From positions 5,084,001-5,148,000 of the forward strand of contig NC_083279.1 of the NCBI RefSeq assembly GCF_963506605.1: 64,000 nt of DNA, given 5' to 3'. Positions 40,083-53,199 of this stretch are shown here, one piece after another. The notes under the pieces were generated by a model. It made no database searches and was not told the DNA's origin. It was given only the letters and a program-made list of their open reading frames with translations. The position numbers and the translations under genes were made by a program. This DNA is from Zootoca vivipara. Lineage: Eukaryota. Every line of letters starts with the position of its first letter. Position 1 is the stretch's first letter.

Positions 40083-40480
40083 CAGGGGTCAGCAACCTAA
40101 GGCCCATGGGCCACAGACATCCCATGGGGGTCATTTTTCCAGCCCATGAGCCACCCTCGAACCAAGCCGCCCACTCGCCGAGTCCCCACGCGCGTTGGGA
40201 ATAAACCACAGGAGTGCGTGCTCATGCACGCCCACAATCCAGCCTACAGAGGGGGCTCTGCGGCAGTGAACCAGCCCAGGTAAGGTAAGCCTTGCTGTCC
40301 CCTGAGCTAAATGCTGAATGGAAGCTGTGCATGTACTCTGCTTGTAGGGCAGCAGAAAGCAGGAGCGGGGCACCTTCATATGTTGCTAAACTGCAATTCA
40401 CATCCCCCCAACCATTCACCGCTTGTTGGGGGCAATGAGGGATCCACCAACATATGGAGGGCCACAAGTTCCTCAACCCT
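40083..40480. mobile_element. hAT-like element(s) related to 36900-37146
   Basis: Starts caggggtcagcaacctaaggcccatgggc, the reverse complement of the end at 37146; ends ggagggccacaagttcctcaaccct. Confidence 0.55.
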
Positions 40481-41942
40481 AAAGAATGGCCTAGATGATG
40501 AGATGGAATTATAGCAGTCTTAGACCAAATTACATCGTTGGTCTAGCTAAATGCCTTTTTACTGGAGATGCCATGTTATGCCACATGGGGCATTCTGCAT
40601 GAAAAGTGCTGTCACGCAGCTGTGGCCCATCCACCTTATAAGAGGGAAACATCCATCTTTCAAGAGCTAACATTGAGCTAAGGTACACCTTGGTTTGGTA
40701 CTTTCAGAAATCTGCCTGCTGATTTTTATCAGCATAAACAAACTTCCTTGAATCCTTCATCTCTATTATTCTTCTCCATCTGTTTCTGAAAGACTTTATT
40801 AGTCACATACAAGAACAATTGTCCGCCTTGTAAACATTGCATTGTGGAAGATTGGTACATGCAACACCTTTCCTCTTGGAGAGTGGTGTGGGAGAACAGG
40901 CACTGAGTACCCCTCAGAGTCCCAACCTTCCTGCAGGTCTTTGGAGGAGAGCTGGTGCATTCCTTGCTCTTTTAAGGAACACCAGAGGTCCGTCCACACT
41001 TCTGCTTGTGTCATCCAAGAGGTTTCAGCTTGACACACACTTTCTACACAGAGGTCCAAGTGGTCGTCCCCTTGAGGGAAAACCTGCTCTTTAGCAATAG
41101 ATGGAAAAATTCAGGGAAAACCTGAATTGCCGGTTGTTCCAATTGAGCACTAAAGAGCAGTTTTCCCTGGGAGGAAAATAGCAGGGCAAGGGGAAGCATG
41201 GCTAAGCCCTGAGACTCAGCTCATAATTGGCTCCCCACTTCTGCACTGCACATCCTTGTCTCTGTAGCAAACTAAATTAGTCCTCTGACTCACTGCAGCT
41301 GGCGGCTCTGTTCAACACAGGTCTCCAGCCTTTCTCCAATATGTTTCCACTGCTGGTCATGCTGTGGCATAGATAAATAACATTTGCTCCTTGTATATGC
41401 CAGGCATGGGGGAAGAAGGTGACTCACTAGCTCCATGCAATGCTACTTCCAGCCCTGCTATGTTTAAGTCTGGTTGGCGCTTCAGGGGAATCAGCACCAG
41501 CTGCCTTCTATCTCCCACAGGACTGTGAGTCTTGAAACATGTATTCTGCTCACTTGAATACTTGAATACTTTCATTGGATGTGTGACTCATATGTTATCG
41601 TTGTGGAATTCTGGTTCAATTAGTACTGGTTACATCTGCAAACAGGCACCATACAAGTCAGACAACCCATGTTATTATTTCTAGAGCTGGGCTGAAACTC
41701 TGTTCCTGGTTCCAGACTAACTTTGGCCTCTCCTATGATCCCTTGCCTCCCTTTACCTCTAGCCTACCTTGCTGTCATTATCCCCACAAACTTTGACCAG
41801 AGTCTGGGGTGCCAGTTTGCCTCATGAGGGGCAGATAAATTTGAACTATAGGCAGCTGGCATAATTTTTGCTGGTGTAAATTTTACTGTGTAACATACCC
41901 CTGTTTCAGAGTGGGGCTTCTGCTGGCTGAGCAATTCTTTAA

Positions 41943-42019
41943 TGCACACGAAAGCTCATACCAAAATAAAAACTTAGTTGGTCTTTAAGGTGCTACTGAA
42001 GGAATTTTTTTTTATTTTC
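41943..42019 (+). mobile_element. Penelope-like element terminal fragment
   Basis: cacgaaagctcatacc...aacttagttggtctttaaggtgctactg, a motif typical of squamate PLE ends. Confidence 0.7.
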
Positions 42020-44908
42020 TTTAAAAGAGAGTTTGACTTATACCACTCTTTTTGCCGGGTTACTAGGACATGTGACCGAGGTGAATAGAGTTTGGAATAG
42101 GGGTTAACTTTCCCCTGCCCCATCCCTCCATACCCTCAGAATACCCCTTTTCTGGGACTTACCCTGACATGGGAGACTTGTTGGCATATCTCTTGCTGAG
42201 TCAGGATGAAGGACTTCAGTTGGCAAAGTCCAGAATGTGCCTATTCCAAATCTGCTCATCTCAGTGGATCATGGGCTTGGATGGCTCCCTCAGAGACTTT
42301 AGTGTCTGTGTGATCTAATGTAGATCATTGTTTGTTGAAAGACTTCTGGAAGCATAGCCCTTATTTTTTCCAAGGTTTAAGTGGTATTAGCTTAGGACTC
42401 ATTCATACACTGAATATCTGAACAGCAAAACACATATCTGAGAGTGAGAAAGGAGTTTCTCTATTCTGTTTGGCAGGAATTCCCTTCTCACATATTAGAA
42501 TATCACCCCTGTAGACTACTTATGCAAGCTGTTAAATATGCAAATAGAAGCTAAGTACAACAAACTAATTGATCCTTGCATGGTATACAACTCGGCAAAG
42601 AATTATTTAAGCTCTGATTCCGTTGCATGTTCCATTGATTGCTGTGGGTGATGTTCAGGGAATGCAAGTTTTAGCTGAAATGGCCCCACATGTAAATCGA
42701 TTTTCTTTCCCCCCCGTCTTTAGTAGTGGCAAAAGGAATCCAATACTTTAAGATCAAAAACAACTGTTTATTGGTCCTTATAGATTTAACAGAGCAAGCC
42801 TCCCAGTTCAGCTGCTAAATTGTGGCTGTAATGTCTTTCTGACTTTTGCTAAGAGGAAATCATAACTCCCCGAGACAAACATGAGTTGAAGGCCATGTTT
42901 ACAAATTAGACTGAATTAGTTTTGTTCGATATTTTCAAATTTAAAAAATGACAACAAGCACACAAGAGCCTTCAAAATGTGATGTAAATAAATCAAATGT
43001 ATCAACTAGTCAGCATCCATCTAAAACTACATCTTAAATAAAATAATATTGGCTGGTCCTGAGAAGATACAGCGCCCCTTGCAAGGGATTACCTTGTGGG
43101 CAAATCCCTGCAAAACTTGCATTAGTTTAGGTAAATTCCTAATGTAAAGGCCTGTTCTACTAAAGCGGGTGGAAGTGAATGCATAATGGGGATTCCTGAG
43201 GCTGCCTCACTTTAATGCATGTCTAAATGCAATGTAATTCATATGCATTCTAACACGCAAACACTGTTCAGATTAAACCCACTTCATATATTTACCTGCC
43301 AGCAAGCCCCCTCCAGTGGCAATGCATATGGTGTTAATGTCAAATGTGTGTACACTGAGGAATTTTGGAACAATTAGGGTTTTCAACTGTGAAGGAAAAC
43401 TCTATGCACCAACATTTGCATGTGGGTAGGGCCCGTTCCTATCAACTTAAGGTTACCTGGAGCATTGCCACTGGTCGCATTGGTGTTCAGGGTTGTGGGC
43501 AGCAAACCAGGTCCTGCATCCTTTCACATGGGCAGTGGGAAACTTGGTCTACTGCCTTTAACCCCCAAGCCTACCTTGCATTGAACATTGAGTTTGAGAT
43601 GCTGTCCCTTGGATGCCTCTCCAGACAAACAAAACCTTTGCTACTTCACTGATTGTGTGTGAGAGAAGTATGTAAGTGGCTTCCATCTGCAAAAGGGTCC
43701 TTCAATATCAAACATCAGGTGCACAAAATTTATGGCCTATGAAATTCAGTCCACCAACCATGTATTTTGGCAACTGAGATGTTTGACAACCCCCTCCCCC
43801 ACTTCCATTCCCCAGGTGCTCAGCTGCAATATGTGTAAACAGAAACAAATTAGGAGATTTATGTGGTCAATAGACCCATACAACATAGATCTGTTTGAAC
43901 ACATAATAAAGAACTCTTGGATATTTTAAAAACTTGTCCCTGGTATAATATGAGTCATTCTGTTGGTTTTTTTTTTTGCTTTGTGTTTAATTTCCAGGTC
44001 CTTTGCATCATAAAATCTGATCAGAATGTAGCATGAATTATTTGGACTATTTGTATTCATGGCTTCCTTCCCCTCCACATATTCACATTATATCTTTATT
44101 GTGAATATTCATAATAGTTTTCTGTGCAGACTTGGTATCCTCATCAAAACAAAGTTAATTCATTTCTACATACTATGGCCTGATAAAATAATCATGACAA
44201 GGCTTTGCTTTCCAACATTCCAGAGGACTGAATGCTTCATTATAGACATTGCAACTGTCTATGCTGTTTTTATTATTAATGCAGTCAGCTGCTACTCTTG
44301 GAGGCTGGAGCATCATATTACGAGGCATGGAGATTGCTAACCTGGGTTCAAAATCAGAGAACAAATATACAGGCTTGTATTTCTCTAGTTTGCAAAAGTC
44401 TAACTTAAAGACAGTAACTCACTCCAAAATAAATCCTTGAAAGTTGATCCACAGTTTCTTTGCTTTTCAGATAATGTCATTGGAAATCATGGTTGAAGTA
44501 ACATGATATGAGGGGCGAACCCTCTGTCCACCACACACGCAGATTTGGGAAGAATCTTGAAGGGAGCTGGGAGATAGAATAGTTGAAAGGAATGGGAAAA
44601 CATTCGAGCTGGGTTTCCATTTCAGATTTCAGTTGTGGGAAGAGCTTGTAAGCAAGATTCTGGGGCCCACTGCTCAATATGTCCAATATTAAACTGCAAG
44701 ATGAATTATATTTTAAAAGCCCAAAATTGTGGTTACTTTTTATACCTCATAGTAGCAAAAGCCAAGTCAGTCACTTTATGCCTTTGGCACAAATACCTAA
44801 TACAGGATGGGGGAAGATTTCATTCACTCTATGTTTTGGAAAGAACTTACCAGATTCATACCTCCTGGACCAGGGCCTGAATCAAAATACAGATGAGTAG
44901 TCTGCATA

Positions 44909-45297
44909 CTCATTTGTTTTTCATACTCCAGCACTTATGGTGCTGGAGGAGACTATTGAGAGTCTCATGGACTGCAAGAAGATCAAACCTATCCATTCTC
45001 AAGGAAATCAGCCCTGAATGCTCACTGGAAGGACAGATCCTGAAGCTGAGGTTCCAATACTTTGGCCACCTCATGAGAAGAGCAGACTCCCTGGAAAAGA
45101 CCCTGATGTTGGGAAAGATGGAGGGCACAAGGAGAAGGGGATGACAGAGGACGAGATGGTTGGACAGTGTTCTTGAAGCCACCAACATGAGTCTGACCAA
45201 ATTGCAGGAGGCAGTGGAAGACAGGAGTGCCTGGTGTGCTATGGTCCATGGGGTCACGAAGAGTTGGACACGACTAAACGACTAAACAACAACAACA
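44909..45297 (+). mobile_element. BovB LINE, 5'-truncated, with a 26-nt junction filler (donor of the duplication)
   Basis: LWCWRRLLRVSWTARRSNLSILKEISPECSLEG...; (caa)n tail; probable TSD agtctgcata (44899-44908) / agtttgcata (45298-45307). Confidence 0.9.
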
Positions 45298-45311
45298 AGT
45301 TTGCATATATA

Positions 45312-46600
45312 GGGGAAAGTGGGGCATGTTGAGCCATTTTTTACTTTAAGCTCTACACACCTCAAAATAATGCACATAAAAGAAAACTTTTGACTTTAAC
45401 ATTTATTAGGTACTATTCTAAACAAAATCAAAGGATTAATGTTTCACATTTGATGGAATAAAATGACAATAAAAAATCACATTTAAGTTTTCAAAAAAAA
45501 AAATGGATCAATGTGCCCCAGTAGTGGGGCACATTGATCCTTCATTTGGGGCACATTGGACCATTCAAATTTAAGAGCAAAGAAGGCATTTTTACTACAC
45601 AGTATAAACTTCCAAAAGAGTTGCAAAAATATCTCAAAGTTCTTAAGAGTCAGCATCACTTCAACTTGTCACTCCAGTTGCCTTGGCGAGATCCAAAACT
45701 TCAGTAGAGATGTGGCTGCCATGGTTATCTAGAATCAGAAGCACTGGGTGATCTTTGGAACTTTTAGAGTATTTGATGAAATGGTTCATCCATCGAATAA
45801 AATTATCAGCTGTCATCCATCCACTGGGATGTTCAACACCAATGTAGTCTTTTGGACCATTTTTTATCATATAATCTTTGAAATGCACCCTTGGAAATAT
45901 GAAAAGTGGAGGAATGCTGTTTCCCAATGCATTTATACATGCACACATTGTCAAAAAAGTTCCCGTTCTGCTGATGTCATTCGGCCAACTTGCTTTGCAC
46001 CTTTCACAGCAATGATTTTTGATGGTTTCTGCACTGTGGTTACACCAGTTTCATCTACATTGTATATATCAGCTGCTGAGAAATTACTTCTTTCTAGAAT
46101 GAAGTGGAGTTCATCAGATAACTCATTTACGTTAACACTGTTGAAGCTTGTTGCTCTTGACAAACTTGTTGCCTGTGGAATGCGAAGTGACAGTAAAGCA
46201 GAATGACATTTCATAAATCCTTCTGCCCAATCTAAGCCAGCCTTTTCATTTTTCTCCCAAGTTGGTGGCATTTGAATTTTATTCTTACTACCAAACTGAT
46301 GTGCCAGTTGTCTTGCTGCATTTTTTGAAAGTCCATAATGAAGTCGTGAAGCTTGTTGCAAGTAATCCACCAGACATATACATTTATTAATTTACACATT
46401 TGAAGAATTGTAAACTAACAGAATATAACACAAAAACTAATAAACTATGAATGATATTTTCCATGGGGTACATTGATCCATGCTCAATGTACCCCATTTC
46501 CAATTGGATCATTGTGCCCCACATCACCACTTAAGACATAAATCTATTTTAAGCAAAACAGGCTGGCAGCCATTACAAATATTTTAGAACATACTACAGC
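45312..46600 (-). mobile_element. pogo/Fot1-like (Tc1/mariner superfamily) DNA transposon, deleted and missing one TIR
   Basis: ta|ggggaaagtggggca terminus; subterminal ggggcacattgatcc repeats near both ends (45505-45562, 46464-46520); transposase remnant inside. Confidence 0.85.
45661..46370 (-). pseudogene. pogo/Fot1-like DDE transposase pseudogene (CENP-B-type HTH + DDE_1)
   Basis: AGLDWAEGFMKCH..LSLRIPQATSLSRA, IYNVDETG (first catalytic D), GWMTADNF, LLILDNHGSH (second D); frameshift near 45951; truncated before the QPLD motif. Confidence 0.88.
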
Positions 46601-46601
46601 T

Positions 46602-46760
46602 ATGACTTCCAGTTGGTCGCGGCGCCATTGAAGTCAGAGATTCTCTCACCGGAGAGAATCTCGGCGCTTCAAAGTAGGGGGCCAACGTCCCAGCGAGACA
46701 GTCCCCCATGAAGAACTCCAAATAGTGCATTTTGGAGGCAGATTGCTTGGCTCAATTGGT
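46602..46760 (+). mobile_element. Probable L1-type 5' UTR fragment
   Basis: gacttccagttggtcgcggcgccat start; CpG-rich; abuts the truncated transposon end. Confidence 0.4.
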
Positions 46761-46944
46761 ATCTGGTTGCCTTAATTCTAAGGACTAACCACATGTGGTC
46801 TTAGGGGCGAGGCAAGGGTCCTGGGCTGGACTTCTCAGACATGAAAAACAAACTCACTGTACCCATTTGCATGCATCTTCCCTTCAGCAACAGATGAGCA
46901 AAAAAATCTGGATAAGAAGGATTTTTAGATGCATGCACACATTA

Positions 46945-47398
46945 TATTAAGTCTATAGCATTCCCAGTACTGATGTATGGAAGTGAGAGCTGAACCATAA
47001 AGAAGGCTGATCGCCGAAGAATTGATGCTTTTGAATTATGGTGCTGGAGGAGACTCTTGAGAGTCCCATGGACTGCAAGAAGATCAAACCTATCCATTCT
47101 GAAGGAAATCAGCCCTGAGTGCTCACTGGAAGGACAGATCGTGAAGCTGAGGCTCCAATACTTTGGCCACCTCATGAGAAGAGAAGGCTCCCTGGAAAAG
47201 ACCCTGATGTTGGGAAAGATTGAGGGCATGAGGAGAAGGGGACGACAGAGGACGAGATGGTTGGAGAGTGTTCTTGAAGCTACGAACATGAGTTTGACCA
47301 AACTGCGGGAGGCAGTGGAAGACAGGAGTGCCTGGTGTGATATGGTCCATGGGGTCACAAAGAGTCGGGCACGACTAAACAACTAAACAACAACAACA
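46945..47398 (+). mobile_element. BovB LINE 3' portion
   Basis: ORF 47057-47386 RVPWTARRSNLSILKEISPECSLEG...RWLESVLEATNMSLTKLREAVEDR; (caa)n tail. Confidence 0.93.
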
Positions 47399-47519
47399 TA
47401 GTACAGGTTGCCAGTGCAATATGCAAATGTAATATACATTTTCACTGTAGTATCTGGCTACATTTTAGTAACTCAGGCACCATCTGTGGTAGCAGAACCT
47501 CTGTTTGGTATTGCTGTTT

Positions 47520-48075
47520 AATATTTATTTTATTAGCGTTTCTGATACAATTCCATATCTAAGAAATAAACGGAAATAATGCAAAGAACACAAAAAAGAA
47601 AACTCTGAAATGGAAAATAAATAACAATTTTAAAATACTGAGAAATAAACGGAAAACCAGAAAGCATTCCTCCACCAACTTCCCATCCTCTCCTTCCATG
47701 GTTCCTTTTGCCTCCTCTTTTTCTCGCCTTTTATTGCTTCACCCTGTCTATCGCAACTACTTTTTTTCCCCTTCCCAGAGCTCCACTGGTGACAACCACA
47801 CCAGTGTTTTTCTTTCTAATAAGTTTTTGTATTTTTCCCATACCCTATAAAGATTTTTTTCGTATTATGTGATTTGAGAAGCTCTTATATATCTTAGCCT
47901 TCCTGTACCATAGGCACGCATGCCACCCGAATTTTAGGTTATGCCCTTCCAGATCCAGCAAATAACTGTTCTTTAGTAAAATGTACTCTTTCAACCAACA
48001 TAAACATGATGCGTCAAAATACGACTGTAAGTTAGGGAGGGCAAAACCACCTCTCTTTGGTATCAATCATGTTTT
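47520..48075 (-). mobile_element. L1 fragment: ORF2 piece joined to 3' UTR
   Basis: RGGFALPNLQSYFDASCLCWLKEY...LDLEGHNLKFGWHACLWY matches the squamate L1 ORF2 post-RT region; T-rich tail at ~47520. Confidence 0.8.
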
Positions 48076-48483
48076 ATTCTTGGATTTCTGTTTAGTATTG
48101 CTAATGAGTCTCTTGCAGTTACTATTAGCATATAAAACTCAAATATCCCTCCTGGTATATTCTGAATGCTCCTTGTGCTACAAGATAGGGCAGCCTTAGA
48201 ACAGGAAACTGGAACAAAGACCCGGCTCATTTTAAATATTTTTAAAAGCATACCTTGACTATCCAAATCAATTAATAATGATACCATTAAATTTGAAGAT
48301 GGAACGAGGAATAAAGGGGCAAGCAATAATTTTACTGATTCGTAGTACTTTGTCTAAAAGGCATTAACATACACAATAACAAATCCACTGGGACATTAAA
48401 ACATTCTTAATTGAAAAAAAACAATTAAAAAGCAGAACAATTAAAACAGTGAAAAACAGTGAAAAAAATACTAATAAATGTTA

Positions 48484-48847
48484 GGTAAAGGTAAAGGGGC
48501 CCCTGACGATTAGGTCCAGTCGTGTCCAACTCTGGGGTTGCGGTGCTCATCTCGCATTATTGGCCGAGGGAGCCGGCGTTTGTCCGCAGACCGCTTCCGG
48601 GTCATGTGGCCAGCATGACAAAGCTGCTTCTGGCGAACCAGAGCAGCACACGGAAACGCCGTTTACCTTCCCGCCAGAGTGGTCCCTATTTATCTACTTG
48701 CACTTTGACATGCTTTCGAACTACTAGCTTGGCAGGAGCTGGGACTGAGCAATGGGAGCTCACCCCATTGCAGGGATTCGAACTGCCGACCTTCTGATCA
48801 GCAAGCCCTGGACTCTGTCGTTTAACCCACAGCGCCACCTGGGTCCC
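48484..48847 (-). mobile_element. Sauria SINE, full length, with TSD
   Basis: (accttt)n tail, tRNA head with ggttcgaatccc-like B box; 11-bp TSD aataaatgtta at 48473-48483 and 48852-48862. Confidence 0.93.
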
Positions 48848-51659
48848 TGGAAATAAATGTTAATAATAGCTTATATAGCAGCATAGAGACTTTACAACAT
48901 TTTGCATACACTATGCTGGGAAACATAAGTGGGGAGATGGGCAAAGCAGGGGAAAAATGGCCACTAGCAGGAGAATATAAGGGAGAATAACGAGAGACGA
49001 AGAGATACGGGGGATCGCCGGGAAACGGTATGAAAAAACAGGGGATTCCTGGGGAAAACGGGGTACTTGGCAGCTATGCACAGGCATATGGTTAGCTACT
49101 TTGAGAACAAGCTGATGATCTAGACAGGCCAGTGGTCTGATCCAGCAGGCTCTCCTCAGGTTGTTTATCTTGTGGTAATGCGCACAACATCCCTGAATAT
49201 AGGTCAGTGTTTGTATCTATCTCCACACCACAGACAGGGGCTGCGAGAGTGTGGCTTGGCTAGGACCATCCAGTGAGCCCCAGCAGCAGCACGATTGAAC
49301 TGAAGACTTCTTTTGGAAGTTTGTTCTCTAGCAGCAAACTAAGGATTTGAGAAAGGGTTTAGATGGGGTTCATGGAAGGGAGGAGGCGACTGACAATATG
49401 GGTGTACCTACCAGTCTCTCCCCCCCCCCCTCGTGCCAAGCTAATAACAGCTTCTGTGGCATTTAAGGGGTGAAATCCTTACCTATCTATATTTATGTCC
49501 TCATGCAGAATTGCACATGCCATTCTGAAGGCAGCCCAGGAGAGAGGTTGCTGCTTCCTCAGGATACACACACACACTCTCTCTTTCCTTTTGCCAGTAC
49601 TGTATTTCCCAGGCATCTATTGGAGGGGAAAACAAATATTGTAAATGAACTACCTGACAAGGAGTGGGGGGGAGGCTTACTATGAATACTGCCCAAAGGG
49701 GGTTTAAAATGATGAAAGCACTTCACATTATAGATTAGCTCCAGTCTCCTAACATGAATTCCAGTTTGAAAGATTGAACATCTCCCTGAAGTCTGAAGCA
49801 CTTAAATTATTTAGATTAAATTTAAATTGTGCTACACTTTACAAGCCCAGAACCACAGTCACATCTTCACTGGAAAGCTTATAAAAATTTGAAATGCTCC
49901 AATAATTTTAAATCTTGTAGAAGCCTGGTACCTTCCAAATGGAAGTGCTAATAAAAAAATTAGTACTGAAATTTAAATCAGAGCAGTGCCGAATGATTTA
50001 AAATTATTGAAGCTTTTCCATTTTTTATGAAGACTCTGCACACAAGTGATATGAGCAGCTTCTTTAGCACAATGCAAGGTATTCAAATAATGACAAAGAA
50101 AAAGGCCCCCGAAATAAAAATGGTTGTAGAAAGTCCCATGTAATGTGCTAAGCCTCCTGGGCCCCTGCCTAGAAAACAAACACAGAGTATAGGGTGCAGA
50201 ATGTAGAGCAGAGGGATACATTAGGGCACATGGAAAAGGAATTTTGGAGATTCAGATTCCATTCCATATCTGGGCTTATCCACTAGATTTTTTTCAAAAA
50301 ACAAGTGTTTTCTATTGGCTCTTCCACCCCTGCCCCATCTCTTCTGAAAAGACAATAGTAAGTTATAGATAGGAATCCTATGGTAGGATACATTGATCAC
50401 TGGGTTTTGATTTTCAGATTGTTACAGAATGTGTGAGTTAGGTAGGTTCACCTTTAAATGTGACCTGAGTTGAAAATATCCTCTTGAGATGGCAGAGAAA
50501 GAGGTGTATCTGCAGTCTCCAGTTGTAAACAGAACTCTCCTGGCGCCACAGAGCTCACATTGGCTGATGGGGAATCACAGAACTTCTCCCATCCCTCCAG
50601 CGCCAATTTATGGATGTTAATGTTTCATGCAACCAGAAGTGCGTGAGGAGGAGCACCCCCTGCTTGTGCTAGGCTATCATCTCAGGGTTCAAAGGGTTGG
50701 GAAGCCAAGAGAGGTTTAATCTGGGAATTCAGGTTTTGGCCCCAAATGCCTTGTTATTCTCGCCTCTTCTCTGATGTCAGCATAACAATTCCTTGAACCT
50801 CATGTCTGGACCCAAGTGAGACGACCTTTTCCAGCAGCTCAAGGAAGAGCACATTATACCCTTTTTGCTTTGAAAAATATTTTTAGTGGTTTCAGAAAAG
50901 CTCAGAAAATTTCCCAATGATTTGTTCTGGCAAGATAGTTTCCCAAAGTGGTAAACGGTAAATCTAAGACAACTCTGACTTCTGCAAACAAAATCTCAGG
51001 GTGAAAGCCCATGATGCCAACTAGAATTTGAAGAGCGGAACAATTCTGCATATATGTTCCACACAGCAAGTTATGCCTGAATTGATATTTGAGATGAACT
51101 TGGAGTAAATTGGTTTGGGAAAGCTTCAAAAGAATTCTGAGAGAAGCTAGAAGAGTTTTGATTAGCACAAAATCATTTCACAGATTTGAATTGTCCTGAT
51201 CTAAACTGATCAAAGTAAATGCCTTTTGCAATACAACCCCCCCCCCCGGTCCCCTACAGAACACTTCTTGGATTGATCACAAAAAGTAAAGCTAGTTGAG
51301 CAATGCTACAAGATATTTACAAGAATTTAAATGCCTTCCCTTGCTATTCATGAGGGTTACATTACTCACTCTTGACAAGAAGTCAGACATTTAATCAGAA
51401 ATGCAATAAAAGAGAACTTCCATAGCTGTGATCCTAATGCTCCCTTGCTGATATATTCTTCCTTTGCAGTACAATTCATAATAAATTAAACAATGAGGCA
51501 TATTTTAAAATGTTCCAGATACTCTGTTTAATTTTAAGATTATGACTTTTAATAAATTACAGATGCAAAAAACAAAATGCTTTTTTAAAAATAGCAATAT
51601 ACTTGGGCATAATTTCAGCCTGGAAGTATGCTCAAGCTTTCTTATGATGTAACAATCAA

Positions 51660-52560
51660 AGAGCAGACTTTCAAAGGGCTTTTGATAAAGTCATTTACGC
51701 AAGACTGCTGAGTAATCAAAGCAGCCAAGGGACAAGTCAGGTCTGCTTAAACAACTAGTAGCAGGAAGGAGGACTAAAGGGAGTTTTCGCAATGGATGGA
51801 AGGGGAAAGATGGGATCCCCAAGGATTTGTATTGGGGTCAGTCTTTTTAACATGCATAATTGGTCTGGAGTTAGGATTGAGTGATGAGATCAGCGGCGCC
51901 GGCTTGCCCCCACGACTGTGGGTGCCGAGGGCCACGTGCCATTACCAGGCTGCGTGCTCATGCCACAGGGTACATGCACTACATCATCACGCCCCCAGCG
52001 TGAGCATGCTGCGTCACCCTGCCCCTGACGTGCTTACGTCACTCACTCACATAGTGGGGCGCTGTGATGTAGTGTGCGCATGCCGGGGGTGCATGCATGC
52101 ACGGCCATGCCATACTTTGTGAAGGCCCAGTCCCCTCATTTAAAATGTTGTGAGAGCCACAGCACCCTGGGACCTGGGGACTATGGATGAGAGAGTCAGT
52201 TTTGTGGATGACACCCAATTGTAAGTTGTAAAAAACTGAAGTCGACTTCAAAGATATTGAAAAGCATTTTTTTCTGAATTGGGTGAATAGGTAATTAAAT
52301 TAACTCAAGTTGGAGTAAGTAAAGTGGTCTGGAGTTATTAGGGCAATTAAAAAAACACTCCCTTCAAATGTACATTAATTGATTCTGAAATGGCAGTGAC
52401 TACCCAAAAAAGGGGTCTAGTGGTCCAGAACTTGGAAACAGACAACAGATTCAGGACAGGCAAAAGAATGCATTTCTTCATTCAGCAGGTGTTAAATCTA
52501 TGGTGTTCACTGTCACAAGATATCGTGAAAGGCCCTAGTTTATATGTTTTCAAAAGTGGG
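51660..52560 (+). mobile_element. Old CR1 RT fragments interrupted by a CpG-rich MITE (~51891-52183)
   Basis: DFQRAFDKV, PQGFVLG, FVDDT and RFRTGKRMHFFIQQVLNLWCSL motifs. Confidence 0.75.
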
Positions 52561-53199
52561 CTGGCTATGAAAATGGATTAAAACTAGTAGAAGGTTGAGA
52601 AAGTGATTAAAGAAGAAGACTGAAGCGGTAACATCAGGAATGTAATGGACTTATGCTTGCAACGGGAGTGGGAAACCTAATTACTATTTGAAAAAAAATG
52701 TATTAAATTTAAATAATTTGGATGGATTTGTTAAAATTTGAAAACTACTTACAAGCAATATAAAAATAAAATACATGTTTTCAAAAGATGAGTAGATAAA
52801 TTCATGGAGGGTAAGTCTATTAGTGGCCACCCTGCATGAAAGCTATAGAGAACTCCATGTTGAGAGAAAGTACGCCTCTGAATAGGAATTAATAGGAAAG
52901 AGCAATCATCAACTGTGCCTACAGCAGCCATCACAGCACAGCTCCTTCAGGTTCCCCAAGGGAAAAAGCAAAGGTTATAGGAAATGTGTCCTTTTTCTTT
53001 TTTGTAAAGTAGGGCGATAGTTGCATAGGAAGAAGTCTTGCCTCCCACAAGGACCCTTGGTTTCTGATTTACCATCATTTACCATTGAGAAAATGGCTAG
53101 ATCATGAAATCCATGGATTTATTATTTCACCCTGCCTGATGCGAAGCAAAACTGGGTTTATTTATTTTTTGCTATGAAAAGGCTGCTAGTTGAAATATA

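Noticed and set aside
40790-41060. Possible retroelement 3' end on the minus strand
   Set aside because: A polyA signal is present but no diagnostic protein motif; cannot be classified.
46942-47382. 146-aa antisense ORF (also at 28748 and 44910)
   Set aside because: Antisense frame of BovB, recurring in every copy; not a host gene.
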